Positions 9,893 to 23,225 of a stretch of DNA of 64,000 nucleotides are shown here, piece by piece. A program made the translations under genes and the position numbers. Below the pieces are notes generated by a model. The model had not been told where the DNA came from, made no database searches, and saw only the letters and a list, made by a program, of their open reading frames with translations. This DNA is from Clostridia bacterium. GTDB taxonomy: Bacteria; Bacillota; Clostridia; UMGS1883. The stretch spans positions 16,067 through 80,066 of the forward strand of contig JAZNSQ010000019.1 in NCBI GenBank assembly GCA_045591265.1, in the 5' to 3' direction. Numbering within the stretch: position 1 is the stretch's first letter; every line of letters starts with the position of its first letter.

Positions 9893-11012
9893 GGAAAAAA
9901 TTTTGAAGGTATTAAAAAATACTGCAGTAATAATTGTAATAATTTCTCTGTTTACAATCATATACTATCAGAACAGAGACAGGGCAATCGGAAAAATCTT
10001 AAGTGGAGAAAACCAAAAAAGCAAAGAAGAGCAAAGCATTATGGATGGCCTTGTAGACGCCGGCATATGCAAAATTGGAGAAAAGATAGGTATAATTACA
10101 ACTCACAGCTACAGTGTAATTGATGAAAATGCAAAGACAACGGATAGCGAAATAGCTCTTTCGGAACCAGTAATTTATTCAGACAGTGACTATGCAGTTT
10201 TTTATTCTGCTGATTCAAAAGAGGCAACAGTTTCTAAAAATGAGAGAGTCCACTATACAATAAATGCCGAAAACCGCATTATAAAGGCAAAGGTGAACAG
10301 AAACGGCTATGGCATAATTGTAACTGAAAAAGAGGGCTACACCAGTGAAATAGTAGTCTACAACAGACTTGGTGAGGCGATTTTCAGGTGGGACTTAAGC
10401 AGCAGTGAGCTAATTGATGCAGACCTTAATTCAGATAATAACAAGCTTATTTTAAGCGTGCTCGAGTCAAATGAAAAGAAAATGTGCACAAAAGTAATGC
10501 TTATAGACATTACAAGCGCAAAGGTGGAAAACAGCGAGTATTTTGATAATGAGGCGATATATAAGGTTGAATTTAACAGAAATTCAACGTGCTATGGCCT
10601 TGGAAGCAGTAAGCTTTTTTACTTTAATTCTGACGGAACGGTTAAATGGGAAAAAAGCTACAAAGGGAAAACTCTTCTCAAGGCAGATTTAACAAATCCC
10701 GATATGGTAGTTTTAGCTTATTCAGGCGCGGGAAGCGGAATTAAGGGAAACTCAACAGAGCTTGAGGTTGTATCAAGACTTGGAAAGGTCACAGCCTCAA
10801 AAACGATTGACGGCCTTGTAGAAGACATCAGCGTCAACAAAGCAAAAATTGCCGTGGCAATAGGAAAAAATGTTGAAATATACACGCAGGCACTTAAGCT
10901 TAAGGAAACACTTATGTCAAAGTCCGTTATAGAAAAAATAGAGTTTTTTGAAAATGATAACTATTTATTTGTGCTGGGAAACACCGGCGGAGATATTTTA
11001 AAGGTTAAATAA
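9885..11012 (+). CDS. membrane-anchored hypothetical protein (N-terminal TM helix, ~340-aa extracytoplasmic beta-rich domain)
   Basis: Hydrophobic segment AVIIVIISLFTIIYY; repetitive beta-strand-like segments; no recognisable catalytic motif. Confidence 0.5.
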   Translation: MNKEKILKVLKNTAVIIVIISLFTIIYYQNRDRAIGKILSGENQKSKEEQSIMDGLVDAGICKIGEKIGIITTHSYSVIDENAKTTDSEIALSEPVIYSDSDYAVFYSADSKEATVSKNERVHYTINAENRIIKAKVNRNGYGIIVTEKEGYTSEIVVYNRLGEAIFRWDLSSSELIDADLNSDNNKLILSVLESNEKKMCTKVMLIDITSAKVENSEYFDNEAIYKVEFNRNSTCYGLGSSKLFYFNSDGTVKWEKSYKGKTLLKADLTNPDMVVLAYSGAGSGIKGNSTELEVVSRLGKVTASKTIDGLVEDISVNKAKIAVAIGKNVEIYTQALKLKETLMSKSVIEKIEFFENDNYLFVLGNTGGDILKVK

Positions 11013-11022
11013 GGGGTGTAAA

Positions 11023-11568
11023 ATGGGCGATATCATTATCCTTCTGGTTATTGTTTTAAGCAGTTTTATAGGGATGAAAAGAGGTCTCTTAAAAACACTC
11101 ACGGGCGTACTTTCAACCGTAATGAGTGTAGTTTTAAGTATGGTTTTTTACAGACCTGTTTCAAAAATCCTCGAAAGCTCGCCTCTTATGCTCGTTATAG
11201 AAAAAAAGACGGAGGAATTTTTCTTAAGAGGAGATGCTTCAATTCTTTCAAAGGTAGGGGAGCTTACAAAGGATAAGGCAAGCGCTCTTGTAATGGATGC
11301 AATAAGCTTTATTTTAGTAATTGTGCTTGTAAAAATAATTCTTCTGTTTCTTATAAAAGCAGTTAGATTTACCGCAAAATTACCCGTAATCAAAGAGTTA
11401 AATGCCCTTTTGGGCGGTGTATTGGGTTTTGTTGGCGGAGTCATAATTTGCTACATATTAATTGAGGTTTCAGATGCCTTGTCAGTAGGCGGAATTCTTA
11501 AGGAGCTTGACGGTGCATTTGATAAATCCATCCTCGCCTCGTTTTTCTACAAAATAGATATTATTTAG
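11023..11568 (+). CDS. cvpA: CvpA family membrane protein
   Basis: MGDIIILLVIVLSSFIGMKRGLLKTL N-terminus typical of CvpA; 4 TM helices. Confidence 0.65.
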   Translation: MGDIIILLVIVLSSFIGMKRGLLKTLTGVLSTVMSVVLSMVFYRPVSKILESSPLMLVIEKKTEEFFLRGDASILSKVGELTKDKASALVMDAISFILVIVLVKIILLFLIKAVRFTAKLPVIKELNALLGGVLGFVGGVIICYILIEVSDALSVGGILKELDGAFDKSILASFFYKIDII

Positions 11569-11581
11569 GAAGTGACATTTT

Positions 11582-11979
11582 ATGATAAAGGTGGACAAGA
11601 CCATAAAAAAAGAGACAAGCTATATAATAGTTGTATCAGGAATTTTAAGTGTGCTTATGCAAGCTGTCTTTTTAATTATAAATAAATGGGATTACACAGT
11701 TTTACTCGGAAATATTTTATCTCTTTGTATATCCGTTTTAAATTTCTTTTTTATGGGAATAACAATACAAAAAGCACTGGATATGGAAGAAGGGGACGCA
11801 AAAAAACTTATGCGCGCTTCGCAAAGCATAAGAAATCTTTTAATGTTTGCCATATTAGCCGTGGGAGTAATACTTCCTATGTTTAATACGGTGGCACTCA
11901 TTGTTCCTTTGTTCTTCTCAAGAATAGCCGTCTTTTTAAGACCGCTTATAAAAAAGGACGGAAAGGATGTGAATAAAAA

Positions 11980-11983
<4 letters not shown>
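11582..11983 (+). CDS. atpI: ATP synthase protein I (AtpI/AtpZ-like small membrane protein)
   Basis: 133-aa hydrophobic protein directly upstream of atpB, overlapping its start. Confidence 0.6.
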
Positions 11984-13169
<1,186 letters not shown>

Positions 13170-13187
13170 TAGCGAAAGGAATTTGTT

Positions 13188-13694
13188 ATGCAGTCATTAG
13201 AGGTTATTTCTGTCAATTTGTGGCAGATAGTGATTTCACTGTTAAACTTAGTAATTCTTTTTGTCCTCGTAAAAATGTTTTTGTTTAAGCCCGTAAACAA
13301 GATGCTTGAAAAACGTCAAAGCGAAATTGACGAGAGATACAATCAGGCGGATGAGGCAAAACGCATCGCTGAAGAGGACAGACTTTTATGGGATGAAAAG
13401 ATGAGCGCAGTTAAGAGTGAATCGGAAGAAATACTTAAAAAAGCTCACTCTAGTGCTATAAAGAAAAGTGATGCAATCGTTTCTAAAGCAAAGGAAGAGG
13501 CAGAGGGTCTTCTTCGTCAGGCTGAAAATGAGATAAATCTCGAAAAGAAAAAAGCCCGCGAAGAAATGAAAAAGGAAATTGTTGACGTTTCAGTATCCTT
13601 AACCAATAAGCTACTGGAAAGAGAAATAAACGAAGAGGATCATCACAAGCTTATAGATTCGTTTATAGGGAAAATAGGTGAAAGCGATGAGTGA
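13188..13694 (+). CDS. atpF: F0F1 ATP synthase subunit b
   Basis: N-terminal TM helix followed by a long charged coiled coil; operon position. Confidence 0.85.
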   Translation: MQSLEVISVNLWQIVISLLNLVILFVLVKMFLFKPVNKMLEKRQSEIDERYNQADEAKRIAEEDRLLWDEKMSAVKSESEEILKKAHSSAIKKSDAIVSKAKEEAEGLLRQAENEINLEKKKAREEMKKEIVDVSVSLTNKLLEREINEEDHHKLIDSFIGKIGESDE

Positions 13695-14217
13695 GATAAG
13701 CACTGAATATGCAAAGGCTTTATTTATGCTGGCACTTGAAAATGATAAAAAGGAAAACTATCTTCAGGATTTATGCACTGTAAACGAAGTTTTACTTGAT
13801 AATCCCGAATATAAGGACTTTTTATCCTCGCCAAAGATTCCGCTTAATGAAAGACTTGGCGCACTTGAGAAGGCGTTCGGAGAAACGCTTTCGCGCGATG
13901 TTCTTTCCTTTCTGAAGCTTCTTTGCGAAAAGAAATATATTAAGTATTTTAAAGAATGTAAAGAAGAATATGAAACCTTATTTGAAAGAAGCAAAAGGGT
14001 TTCAAACGCAAGTGTAAAAAGCGCTGTAAGCCTCAGCGAAAAGGAAAAATCAGCAATAAAAGAAAAACTTGAAAAAATCAGTGGACACACAGTTAATCTT
14101 AACTGCGTTGTTGACGAAGGTGTCTTGGGCGGATTAATTATTGAACTTGACGGGAAAATAATAGATTCAAGCCTTAAAAGACAGCTAAAGGATATAGAGG
14201 GTGTGATAATTAAATGA
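13678..14217 (+). CDS. atpH: F0F1 ATP synthase subunit delta
   Basis: OSCP-like, 179 aa, position between b and alpha. Confidence 0.85.
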   Translation: MKAMSEISTEYAKALFMLALENDKKENYLQDLCTVNEVLLDNPEYKDFLSSPKIPLNERLGALEKAFGETLSRDVLSFLKLLCEKKYIKYFKECKEEYETLFERSKRVSNASVKSAVSLSEKEKSAIKEKLEKISGHTVNLNCVVDEGVLGGLIIELDGKIIDSSLKRQLKDIEGVIIK

Positions 14218-15707
14218 GTTTAAGACCTGATGAGATTAGTCAAATAATAAAAGAACAAATAAAAAACTACGAATCCAAAATTGAAATGCAGGAAACCGGA
14301 AGCGTAATACTCGTTGGTGACGGAATTGCAAGGGTGTACGGCATCAAGGCTTGTATGTCAAGCGAGCTTTTGGAGTTTGAGGACGGAAGCTTTGGCATGG
14401 CGCAAAATCTCGAGAACGAAACTGTTTCCGTTGCGCTTTTGTCAGACACTAACGATATCCGTGAGGGTACAAAGGTTAAAAGAACAGGGCGCGTTGTATC
14501 TGTCGGCGTTGGCGAGGCGCTTTTAGGAAGAGTTGTTGATGCGCTTGGTAACCCCATCGATGGAAAAGGCCCCGTAAACACAACGGAGACAAGACCGATT
14601 GAGTCTGATGCCCCCGGAATTATTGAAAGAAAGAGCGTGTCTGTTCCTCTCCAGACGGGAATTAAGGCTATTGACAGTATGATTCCTATTGGCAGAGGCC
14701 AAAGAGAGTTAATCATTGGTGACAGGCAGACAGGTAAAACAGAAATTGCCATAGATACAATTATAAACCAGAAAAACACAGATGTAATTTGTATTTATGT
14801 TGCAATAGGGCAAAAAAATACTGCAGTAGTTCAGCTTGCAAATGAGCTTGCGCGCGCCGGTGCGATGGATTACACAATCATTGTTTCTGCATCAGCATCG
14901 GAAACTGCACCGCTTCAGTATATTGCTCCGTATTCAGGCTGTGCGATGGCAGAGTATTTTATGCAAAAGGGTAAGGACGTTCTTATTATCTATGACGATT
15001 TATCCAAGCACGCTATAGCATACCGTGCGCTTTCGCTTCTTATCCGTCGTCCTCCGGGACGAGAGGCGTACCCCGGTGACGTATTCTACCTTCATTCAAG
15101 ACTTCTTGAAAGGGCAGCCTGCGTTGCTCCCGAATACGGCGGTGGCTCAATAACCGCGCTTCCTATTATTGAAACACAGGCGGGTGACGTTTCGGCGTAC
15201 ATTCCCACAAACGTTATTTCAATAACAGACGGGCAGATTTTCCTTGAAACAGAGCTTTTCCATGCGGGTATTATGCCTGCAATAAACCCGGGTATCTCAG
15301 TAAGCCGAGTTGGCGGCTCTGCACAGCTTAAGGCTATGAAGAAGGTTTCAGGTGAGCTAAAGCTCCTTTACGCGCAGTATCGTGAGCTTCAGTCGTTTGC
15401 CCAGTTTGGAAGCGACCTTGACGAAGACACCAAAAAGCGTCTTGCACTCGGTGAGCGTATAGTTGAGGTGTTAAAGCAAAAGCGTAATTCTCCCGTAAGG
15501 GTAGGGTGTCAGGTTGCAATTGTATATGCGGTTACAAAAGGATATCTAAATGAAGTTCCGGTAGATAAGGTAAAAGATTACGAAGAAAAGCTCTTTGACC
15601 TTTTAGAGAGCGAATATGGTGAGCTTCTTAATAGGTTTGAAAATAACTACTACGAGGAAGAAGACGTAGCGCTTCTTAAAAAAGCCCTTGAAGAAATGAG
15701 GGGTTAA
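14214..15707 (+). CDS. atpA: F0F1 ATP synthase subunit alpha
   Basis: P-loop GDRQTGKT, 497 aa, strong alpha-subunit conservation. Confidence 0.95.
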   Translation: MSLRPDEISQIIKEQIKNYESKIEMQETGSVILVGDGIARVYGIKACMSSELLEFEDGSFGMAQNLENETVSVALLSDTNDIREGTKVKRTGRVVSVGVGEALLGRVVDALGNPIDGKGPVNTTETRPIESDAPGIIERKSVSVPLQTGIKAIDSMIPIGRGQRELIIGDRQTGKTEIAIDTIINQKNTDVICIYVAIGQKNTAVVQLANELARAGAMDYTIIVSASASETAPLQYIAPYSGCAMAEYFMQKGKDVLIIYDDLSKHAIAYRALSLLIRRPPGREAYPGDVFYLHSRLLERAACVAPEYGGGSITALPIIETQAGDVSAYIPTNVISITDGQIFLETELFHAGIMPAINPGISVSRVGGSAQLKAMKKVSGELKLLYAQYRELQSFAQFGSDLDEDTKKRLALGERIVEVLKQKRNSPVRVGCQVAIVYAVTKGYLNEVPVDKVKDYEEKLFDLLESEYGELLNRFENNYYEEEDVALLKKALEEMRG

Positions 15708-15708
15708 A

Positions 15709-16512
15709 ATGGGAGTAGATACAAAAAGCCTGAAAAATCGCATAAAGAGTGTTGACTCCACACTGCATCTTACAAAGGCGATGGGGCTTGTTGCATCCGC
15801 CAAGATAAGAGGCGCAACAAAAGCCATGCAAAAAAGCCGTGAGTACTATGGGGCTATGGAAGAAACCATTGGTATGCTCACAAGCTCCAAAGCTTGCGAG
15901 AAAAGTGAGTATATGAAAAGAAATGAAAACGGCAAAATTCTTCTTATAGTAATTGCAGGTGACCGAGGTCTTGCGGGCGGATATAACTCAAATGTCTTTA
16001 AAATGGCAGAAGGTATAAAAGCCGACAAGATAATTGCTATAGGGAAAAGGTCGTGTGACAGATACTCCGGCGCACTTATAAAGGCAGAAACCTTTACGTA
16101 TGAGGATGCAATTAAAATTTCAAAAACCCTTTGCGAAGAATTTAAAAACGGGGAGTATGAAAGGATAGGCATAGTTTCAACAAAATATGTTTCAATGCTT
16201 ACCCAGACGCCCCAAACACAGTGGATTCTTCCTCTTTCAAAAGGTGAAAAGAAGTCCCGTGGAGATATGCTTTTTGAGCCTGATGAAAAAACTGTGCTTG
16301 AATCTATTATAGAAGAGTATGTTGCTTCTTGCATTATTTCATCAGTGCGTGAGAGCTTTACTTCCGAAGTAGTTGCAAGGCGTTTTGCAATGGATTCTGC
16401 AGGCAAAAATGCAGGAGAGATGATAGAGTCACTCCGTCTTGAATACAACCGCGCAAGGCAGGGCGCAATTACGCAGGAAATTACAGAAATAGTAGCCGGA
16501 AGCGGTATATAA
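15709..16512 (+). CDS. atpG: F0F1 ATP synthase subunit gamma
   Basis: MGVDTKSLKNRIKSV N-terminus and C-terminal ARQGAITQEITEIVAG typical of gamma. Confidence 0.9.
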   Translation: MGVDTKSLKNRIKSVDSTLHLTKAMGLVASAKIRGATKAMQKSREYYGAMEETIGMLTSSKACEKSEYMKRNENGKILLIVIAGDRGLAGGYNSNVFKMAEGIKADKIIAIGKRSCDRYSGALIKAETFTYEDAIKISKTLCEEFKNGEYERIGIVSTKYVSMLTQTPQTQWILPLSKGEKKSRGDMLFEPDEKTVLESIIEEYVASCIISSVRESFTSEVVARRFAMDSAGKNAGEMIESLRLEYNRARQGAITQEITEIVAGSGI

Positions 16513-17921
<1,409 letters not shown>

Positions 17922-17922
<1 letters not shown>

Positions 17923-18185
17923 TGAATACCTTTAAGCTTATAATTTCAACGCCTGACGGTAACCTCTTTAGTGATGAGGTTTATAAGATATCGCTTCGCG
18001 GAACTGAAGGTGACCTTGCCATTATGGCAAATCACATTCCGTTTGCAACGAGCGTTAAGCCGTGTGTATGCCACATAGAAACGAAGGATGAAAAGAACCT
18101 ATCACTTGAGGTTGAAAGAGGTCTTTTAAGCGTTTCCGGAGATAAGACAACATTAATGTCAGGCAGTGCCAGATGGATAGATTAA
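17922..18185 (+). CDS. atpC: F0F1 ATP synthase subunit epsilon (short form lacking the C-terminal helical domain)
   Basis: 87-aa N-terminal beta-sandwich only. The stop is followed directly by a terminator, and no downstream ORF continues it. Confidence 0.8.
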
Positions 18186-18209
18186 ATGCAAAGTGCAAAA
18201 TGCAAAATA

Positions 18210-18252
18210 AAAAATCCTGTGAGGGTTACAATCTCACAGGATTTTTTTTTTA
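18210..18252. terminator. bidirectional rho-independent terminator between atpC and mscL
   Basis: Perfect hairpin ATCCTGTGAG-GGTTACAAT-CTCACAGGAT flanked by an A-tract and a T10 tract. Confidence 0.85.
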
Positions 18253-18642
18253 TTTGTTTTTTAATTCTTCGAGGATTTGTTCTAAAAGAACTGTCTCATC
18301 GCTTTTAGTAGGAGCAGGCTCTCCTTCTTCTTCCTTCTTTTCGTAGAGTGATTTAATTTTATTCATCATCTTTACTACAAGGAAAAGGCAGAATGCAATA
18401 ATTAAGAAGTTAATGATTGCCTGAATTAAAAGTCCGTAATTAATTGAAGCGTCACCAACTTTAACTGCAAGTTTTGAAAAGTCCTTTCCACCGAGAATTA
18501 TACCAAAGATTGGCATAAGCACGTCATTTACAATAGATGTTACGATGGCGTTGAATGATGTAGCAATAATAACACCAATTGCTAAATCAAGCATATTGCC
18601 CTTGAGTGCAAAGCTTTTGAATTCTGCAAAAAATTTTTTCAT
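18250..18642 (-). CDS. mscL: large-conductance mechanosensitive channel MscL
   Basis: [30 protein letters not shown]...MPIFG conserved N-terminus. Confidence 0.9.
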   Translation of the reverse strand: MKKFFAEFKSFALKGNMLDLAIGVIIATSFNAIVTSIVNDVLMPIFGIILGGKDFSKLAVKVGDASINYGLLIQAIINFLIIAFCLFLVVKMMNKIKSLYEKKEEEGEPAPTKSDETVLLEQILEELKNK

Positions 18643-19481
18643 CAGTTTTCTCCTTTAATTATATTTTTTATATTTTCTACCGCCTCTTTATAATTTGCAA
18701 GCGGTATTTCATCTAAAATAAGCTCGGGAAGTTTTTTAAGGCCGGAAAGCTTTTTAAAGAGATAACCTATATCATAAAGCCCCGTTCCCGCAACGGCAAA
18801 GTACTTTTCACCATCAACTAATTTAAAGTCTTTAATGTGAACGGCGTAGATGTCGTCTCCCAATAGATTAAAGGCATCGTCTAAAATCTTATACTGCTCC
18901 TTTGTATTATCTTTAGTAATAAGATTTGAAAGGTCAAAAATGACTTTAAGGTTCTCTGAACCCACGTCATCAAGAAGCCTTCTCATAATCTGCGGGGAAT
19001 AGATTGTGAACTGGTAAACAGGCTCAATCGCCATAATTACCCTCTCTTTTTCAGCAACGGAAACAAGACGTTTTACATTTTTTAATAAATATTGATAGTT
19101 TTCCTCACTTCTTGTCTCTTCCATAGTAGAAAGACAGCCCGTCTCGGTACCGATAACTGTTGCGCCGAAGTCTTTAGCGTAACGGATAAAATTTTCAAAT
19201 CTTGTAAGCTGAGCCTCAAGTGATGCTTCATTTCTGTCTATTGGGTTTATGTAGCAACCAAGGACTGACACATGAAGATTATTTTCCTTAAGCGAAGAGA
19301 GAATTCCCTTTGAAATTTCACTGTCATAGCCAACTTCATCAAACTTAACCTCACTTACGGTTTTTGCAAGCGCAAACTGAAGATTAGGAACACCGTATTC
19401 TTTCGCATTTTTAATCATTTCACTAAAAGAATTTCCAACGTCATGCCCGCGCATACCAAATTTTAATGTATCAAAATTCAT
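18642..19481 (-). CDS. sugar phosphate isomerase/epimerase (xylose-isomerase-like TIM barrel)
   Basis: 279 aa with AP-endonuclease-2/TIM-barrel pattern (HxKD, EPV segments). Confidence 0.6.
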   Translation of the reverse strand: MNFDTLKFGMRGHDVGNSFSEMIKNAKEYGVPNLQFALAKTVSEVKFDEVGYDSEISKGILSSLKENNLHVSVLGCYINPIDRNEASLEAQLTRFENFIRYAKDFGATVIGTETGCLSTMEETRSEENYQYLLKNVKRLVSVAEKERVIMAIEPVYQFTIYSPQIMRRLLDDVGSENLKVIFDLSNLITKDNTKEQYKILDDAFNLLGDDIYAVHIKDFKLVDGEKYFAVAGTGLYDIGYLFKKLSGLKKLPELILDEIPLANYKEAVENIKNIIKGEN

Positions 19482-19600
19482 ATGAACACTCCTATAAATA
19501 TTTATCTATATTTTACATTAAAAAGCAAATTATGTCAAACAAAAAAATGCGTTATGAAACCCCATAACGCATTTATGTGCTGTAAACAATTAAACGTCAA

Positions 19601-19870
19601 TTATTTGTTTTTAGCAAAGCATTCACTACAGTAAATAGGTCTGTCGTTCTTAGGAACGAAAGGAACCTTTGCTTCACCGCCACATTCTGCACATACAGTT
19701 GTATACATCTCTCTGTTCTCTCTAAGTGATGCTTTCTTTGCAGCTCTGCAGTCCTTACATCTCTGAGGCTCATTCTGGAAGCCCTTCTCAGCGTAGAATT
19801 CCTGTTCGCCTGCTGTGAACACGAATTCCTGTCCACAATCTTTGCAGACGAGTGTCTTGTCTTCGTACAT
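19601..19870 (-). CDS. double zinc-ribbon protein (two CxxC...CxxC modules)
   Basis: The 89-aa ORF has CKDCG...CKDCR and CAECG...CSECF modules; highly charged. The overlapping ORF at 19597..19836 is rejected. Confidence 0.6.
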   Translation of the reverse strand: MYEDKTLVCKDCGQEFVFTAGEQEFYAEKGFQNEPQRCKDCRAAKKASLRENREMYTTVCAECGGEAKVPFVPKNDRPIYCSECFAKNK

Positions 19871-19952
19871 TTTCGATCTCCTTATCTTTACCTATAAATA
19901 TATTTTTTTACTCCTTACGGATGTTTCCCGTAAGTGAGCATATAGCAAAATT

Positions 19953-20027
19953 GTGGAGCGGGTGACGGGAATCGAACCCGCGTTGCCTGCTTGGGAAGCA
20001 GGTACTCTGCCATTGAGCTACACCCGC
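19953..20027 (-). tRNA. tRNA-Gly (anticodon CCC)
   Basis: Reverse complement GCGGGTGTAGCTCAATGGCAGAGTACCTGCTTCCCAAGCAGG...GGTTCGATTCCCGTCACCCGCTCCA. It has a cloverleaf with a TTCCCAA anticodon loop and an encoded CCA. Confidence 0.85.
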
Positions 20028-20030
20028 GAT

Positions 20031-20666
20031 TTAATCATGCGCGGCTGAAATTTTTTCCATCTTCTTTTTAATACGCTGAAGCGCATTATCAATGGATTTG
20101 GAATCCCTACCGATTTTTTCGCCAATACTTACATAGTCATAGCCCTGCAGGAAGTAGGATAATACCAATAGCTCAAAATCTGACAAAGCCTCACTCATCT
20201 TGGTTCCAAGCGAGTTTGCTTTTTCCTTGTTTAAAACAATCTGTTCAGGATTTATGTTTTCGCTCCCCTCGATATATTCAAGCAGGGTCGCGTCACCACC
20301 ATCATTTTCTGACACGGACTTATTTAAAGAAACATAAGAATTAAGCGGAGCATGTTTATTTCGGGAGGCATTTTTAACAGCTGTTAGAATATGCCTTGTA
20401 ATGCACAAATCCGCGAATGTTTTAAAAGAAACGCCGCGCTCGACACTAAAATCCCTGACTGCTTTAAACAGCCCTATCATACCTTCCTGAATTATGTCAT
20501 CACGGTCGGCACCGGCAATAAAATAGGAAAGAGACTTGTTTCTGACAACGACACGGTATTTTTCACACAAAAATTCAAAAGCACTGTTATCACCCTTTTG
20601 TGCAATAACAACAAGCTTTTCATCACTTAAAGAGGAGAAGCCATCTAATGAATGATTTGTTTTCAT
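20031..20666 (-). CDS. sigH: RNA polymerase sporulation/transition-state sigma factor SigH
   Basis: Near-identical blocks to B. subtilis SigH: GADRDDIIQEGMIGLFKAVRDF, FADLCITRHILTAVKNASRNKHAPLNSYVSL, SIDNALQRIKKK. Start at the internal ATG preceded by GGAGG. Confidence 0.85.
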   Translation of the reverse strand: MKTNHSLDGFSSLSDEKLVVIAQKGDNSAFEFLCEKYRVVVRNKSLSYFIAGADRDDIIQEGMIGLFKAVRDFSVERGVSFKTFADLCITRHILTAVKNASRNKHAPLNSYVSLNKSVSENDGGDATLLEYIEGSENINPEQIVLNKEKANSLGTKMSEALSDFELLVLSYFLQGYDYVSIGEKIGRDSKSIDNALQRIKKKMEKISAAHD

Positions 20667-20771
20667 TTCAGCGCCTCCATTCCATTTAATTATAACGCTT
20701 TCATATAGGGTTGTCAAGAAAAAAGTTCTTACAAATACCAAATTTTAGCATTTATAAGAACTTTTGTAAAT

Positions 20772-23210
20772 TTATTCATCATCAGAAGAAAGCATCATTT
20801 CCTGATACTCTGTCCGTGACATAAGGACATTTCTTGGCTTGCTTCCCTCATGCGGACCTATAATTCCGCGTTCTTCGAGCTGGTCAATTAGTCTTCCGGC
20901 TCTTGAATAGCCGACCTTAAGCTTTCTTTGAAGAAGTGAGGCACTTGCCTGACCAAGCTCTACCACTATTTCAATAGCCTGAGGAAGAAGGTCATCGGCA
21001 TCGGAGTCATCTGTGCCGCGCTGATTTTCTTCAACGCCGTTATCAATATGCTCAATAATATCCTCATTATAGTGTGCAGAGGATTTTTCCTTTACGAATT
21101 CAACGATTCTTTCTACTTCCTTATCAGAGATAAACGCACCCTGAATACGTTTGGGCTTACTTGCACCCATCGGTAAAAACAGCATATCGCCCTTGCCGAG
21201 AAGCTTTTCTGCACCACCCATATCAAGTATGGTACGGCTGTCTATCTGGCTTGAAACGGAGAAAGCTATTCGGCTTGGTACATTTGCCTTGATAAGACCT
21301 GTAATAACGTCAACAGACGGGCGCTGTGTTGCAATAACAAGGTGCATTCCTGCAGCTCTTGCCATCTGTGCAAGTCGGCAGATGGAATCTTCAACATCGT
21401 GTGGGCTTACCATCATAAGGTCTGCAAGCTCGTCTATTATAATAATAATCTGCTCAAGCTCATGCTCGCCTGACATTTGCGCATATTCGTTATATCCCTT
21501 GATGTCGCGCACATTGGAATCTGCAAAAAGGCGGTAACGCTTAACCATTTCCTGAACTGCCCAGTTAAGTGCACCTGCCGCACGCCTCGGATCAGTTACA
21601 ACGGGGATAAGAAGATGAGGGATGCCATTATATACGCCAAGCTCAACAACCTTGGGGTCAATTAAAATAAGCTTTACCTGATTAGGATCTGCCTTATAAA
21701 GAATACTTGTAATAAGTGAATTTATGCACACACTCTTACCGCTGCCTGTAGCACCCGCAATAAGCATATGTGGCATTTTGGATATGTCTGAAATAACGGG
21801 TTCGCCCGCAATATCCTTACCCATAGCAAATGCAGTTTTTGACTTGAATTTAGTAAATGCATCGCTGTCAATAACATCGCGAAGGCATACCATAGAGGTT
21901 GTCTTATTCGGAATTTCTATTCCAACGGCTGCCTTCCCCGGAATGGGCGCTTCAATTCTTACACCGAAAGCCGCAAGGTTAAGCGCGATATCGTCTGCAA
22001 GATTTACGATTTTACTTACCTTTACGCCGGCTGATGGCTGAAGCTCAAACCTTGTTACAGACGGGCCCTTGCTGACTTCAAGGACTTTAGCCTCAACCCC
22101 GAAGGAATGAAGCGTTTCAACAAGCTTTTTAGCTTGCGTGCGAAGGTCATCGGGACGGTCTTCGCTTTGTGAGGAAGATTTATCCTTATTAAGAAGCTCG
22201 ATAGGGGGGAAGGTGTATTCTATATAGTCGTTTGATATTTCATCCTCTGTTACGTCAATAGGAGTAGTATCAACCTTTTCTTCCTCCACACCGCCCGACT
22301 CTGAAAGGGCAAGCTCCTTGATATCTTCGGGAATATCAACCTTTTCTATCTTTTCGGGAGAGGGGGGAGCGTCTTCCTCTTTTTTATCAAACAGGTTAAT
22401 TTTAAAGTCGATATCATCTTCGCTGTTTTCTTCGACTTCACTCTTTTCAGGCGTGCGATTAATTTTCTTTTTAGGCGTTTTCTCGGGAGTAGCTTTACCT
22501 TCGGCATCCTCCTTTTCGCCTGCAATCTTTCTCTCCTCACCCATATCATTTATGAGATTTTTTATCTTGGATGATATAAATGAAATTACTCTTGTTATAG
22601 GCTCTGTTCCTGTTGCAGTAACAAAGCAAACAAGTGAAATGCACGAAAGAAGCACTGCCGTACCCGCGTTTGAAACAACTGCACGGAGAGGAAGCGACAA
22701 AAGCGCACCAACAAGCCCGCCTGATTCGCCCGATTTTCCGCTTAAGAAGGCAGTTTCTATAACTGAAAGAAATCTTGCATTACTTCCCGTAAAAAGCACG
22801 GCATCGACAGTTGAATAGTAAAGCGTGTGAAGACCGCTTAAGGAAATTATACCAAGGGAAGAAAAAACATATCGGTGCTTGTGCGGAGAAAGTGTTCCCT
22901 TAATAAAGTAATGAACTGTTGCAATAATAAGTATTACAGGCGCGGCGTAGCTGCAAAGACCGAAAACACCGCCACACAAATTTTTAATTAATCTGCCTAA
23001 AAAGCCAAAGGAATTAAGATAAAAAGACAGCACAAAAACAATTGATAAGAATATAAGCCCGATAGTAATAAGCTCCTTACGGGGATAAATAACCGAAGAA
23101 GACTTTTTTGTTGCGCGCGTCTCAGTTTTTTGGGAGGTGCTTCGGTTTTTAAGCGCTTTTCCTGAGGGAGACTTCTTTTTACTTGCTTTTTTTGTTTTAG
23201 CTTTATTCAT
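20772..23210 (-). CDS. ftsK: DNA translocase FtsK/SpoIIIE
   Basis: N-terminal TM domain, acidic linker, Walker A GATGSGKS in the motor domain, C-terminal gamma winged helix. Confidence 0.9.
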   Translation of the reverse strand: MNKAKTKKASKKKSPSGKALKNRSTSQKTETRATKKSSSVIYPRKELITIGLIFLSIVFVLSFYLNSFGFLGRLIKNLCGGVFGLCSYAAPVILIIATVHYFIKGTLSPHKHRYVFSSLGIISLSGLHTLYYSTVDAVLFTGSNARFLSVIETAFLSGKSGESGGLVGALLSLPLRAVVSNAGTAVLLSCISLVCFVTATGTEPITRVISFISSKIKNLINDMGEERKIAGEKEDAEGKATPEKTPKKKINRTPEKSEVEENSEDDIDFKINLFDKKEEDAPPSPEKIEKVDIPEDIKELALSESGGVEEEKVDTTPIDVTEDEISNDYIEYTFPPIELLNKDKSSSQSEDRPDDLRTQAKKLVETLHSFGVEAKVLEVSKGPSVTRFELQPSAGVKVSKIVNLADDIALNLAAFGVRIEAPIPGKAAVGIEIPNKTTSMVCLRDVIDSDAFTKFKSKTAFAMGKDIAGEPVISDISKMPHMLIAGATGSGKSVCINSLITSILYKADPNQVKLILIDPKVVELGVYNGIPHLLIPVVTDPRRAAGALNWAVQEMVKRYRLFADSNVRDIKGYNEYAQMSGEHELEQIIIIIDELADLMMVSPHDVEDSICRLAQMARAAGMHLVIATQRPSVDVITGLIKANVPSRIAFSVSSQIDSRTILDMGGAEKLLGKGDMLFLPMGASKPKRIQGAFISDKEVERIVEFVKEKSSAHYNEDIIEHIDNGVEENQRGTDDSDADDLLPQAIEIVVELGQASASLLQRKLKVGYSRAGRLIDQLEERGIIGPHEGSKPRNVLMSRTEYQEMMLSSDDE

Positions 23211-23225
23211 TGGTTAACCCCCGAT

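Noticed and set aside
19597-19836. 79-aa ORF overlapping the double-zinc-ribbon gene in another frame
   Set aside because: It is Arg/Ser-rich and has no motif. The overlapping 89-aa frame has two clean CxxC...CxxC modules and is the real gene.
20667-20741. Upstream 25-codon extension of the sigH ORF (MVFVRTFF...)
   Set aside because: The internal ATG is preceded by a good GGAGG RBS and aligns with the start of characterised SigH proteins; the extension is hydrophobic and lacks meaning.
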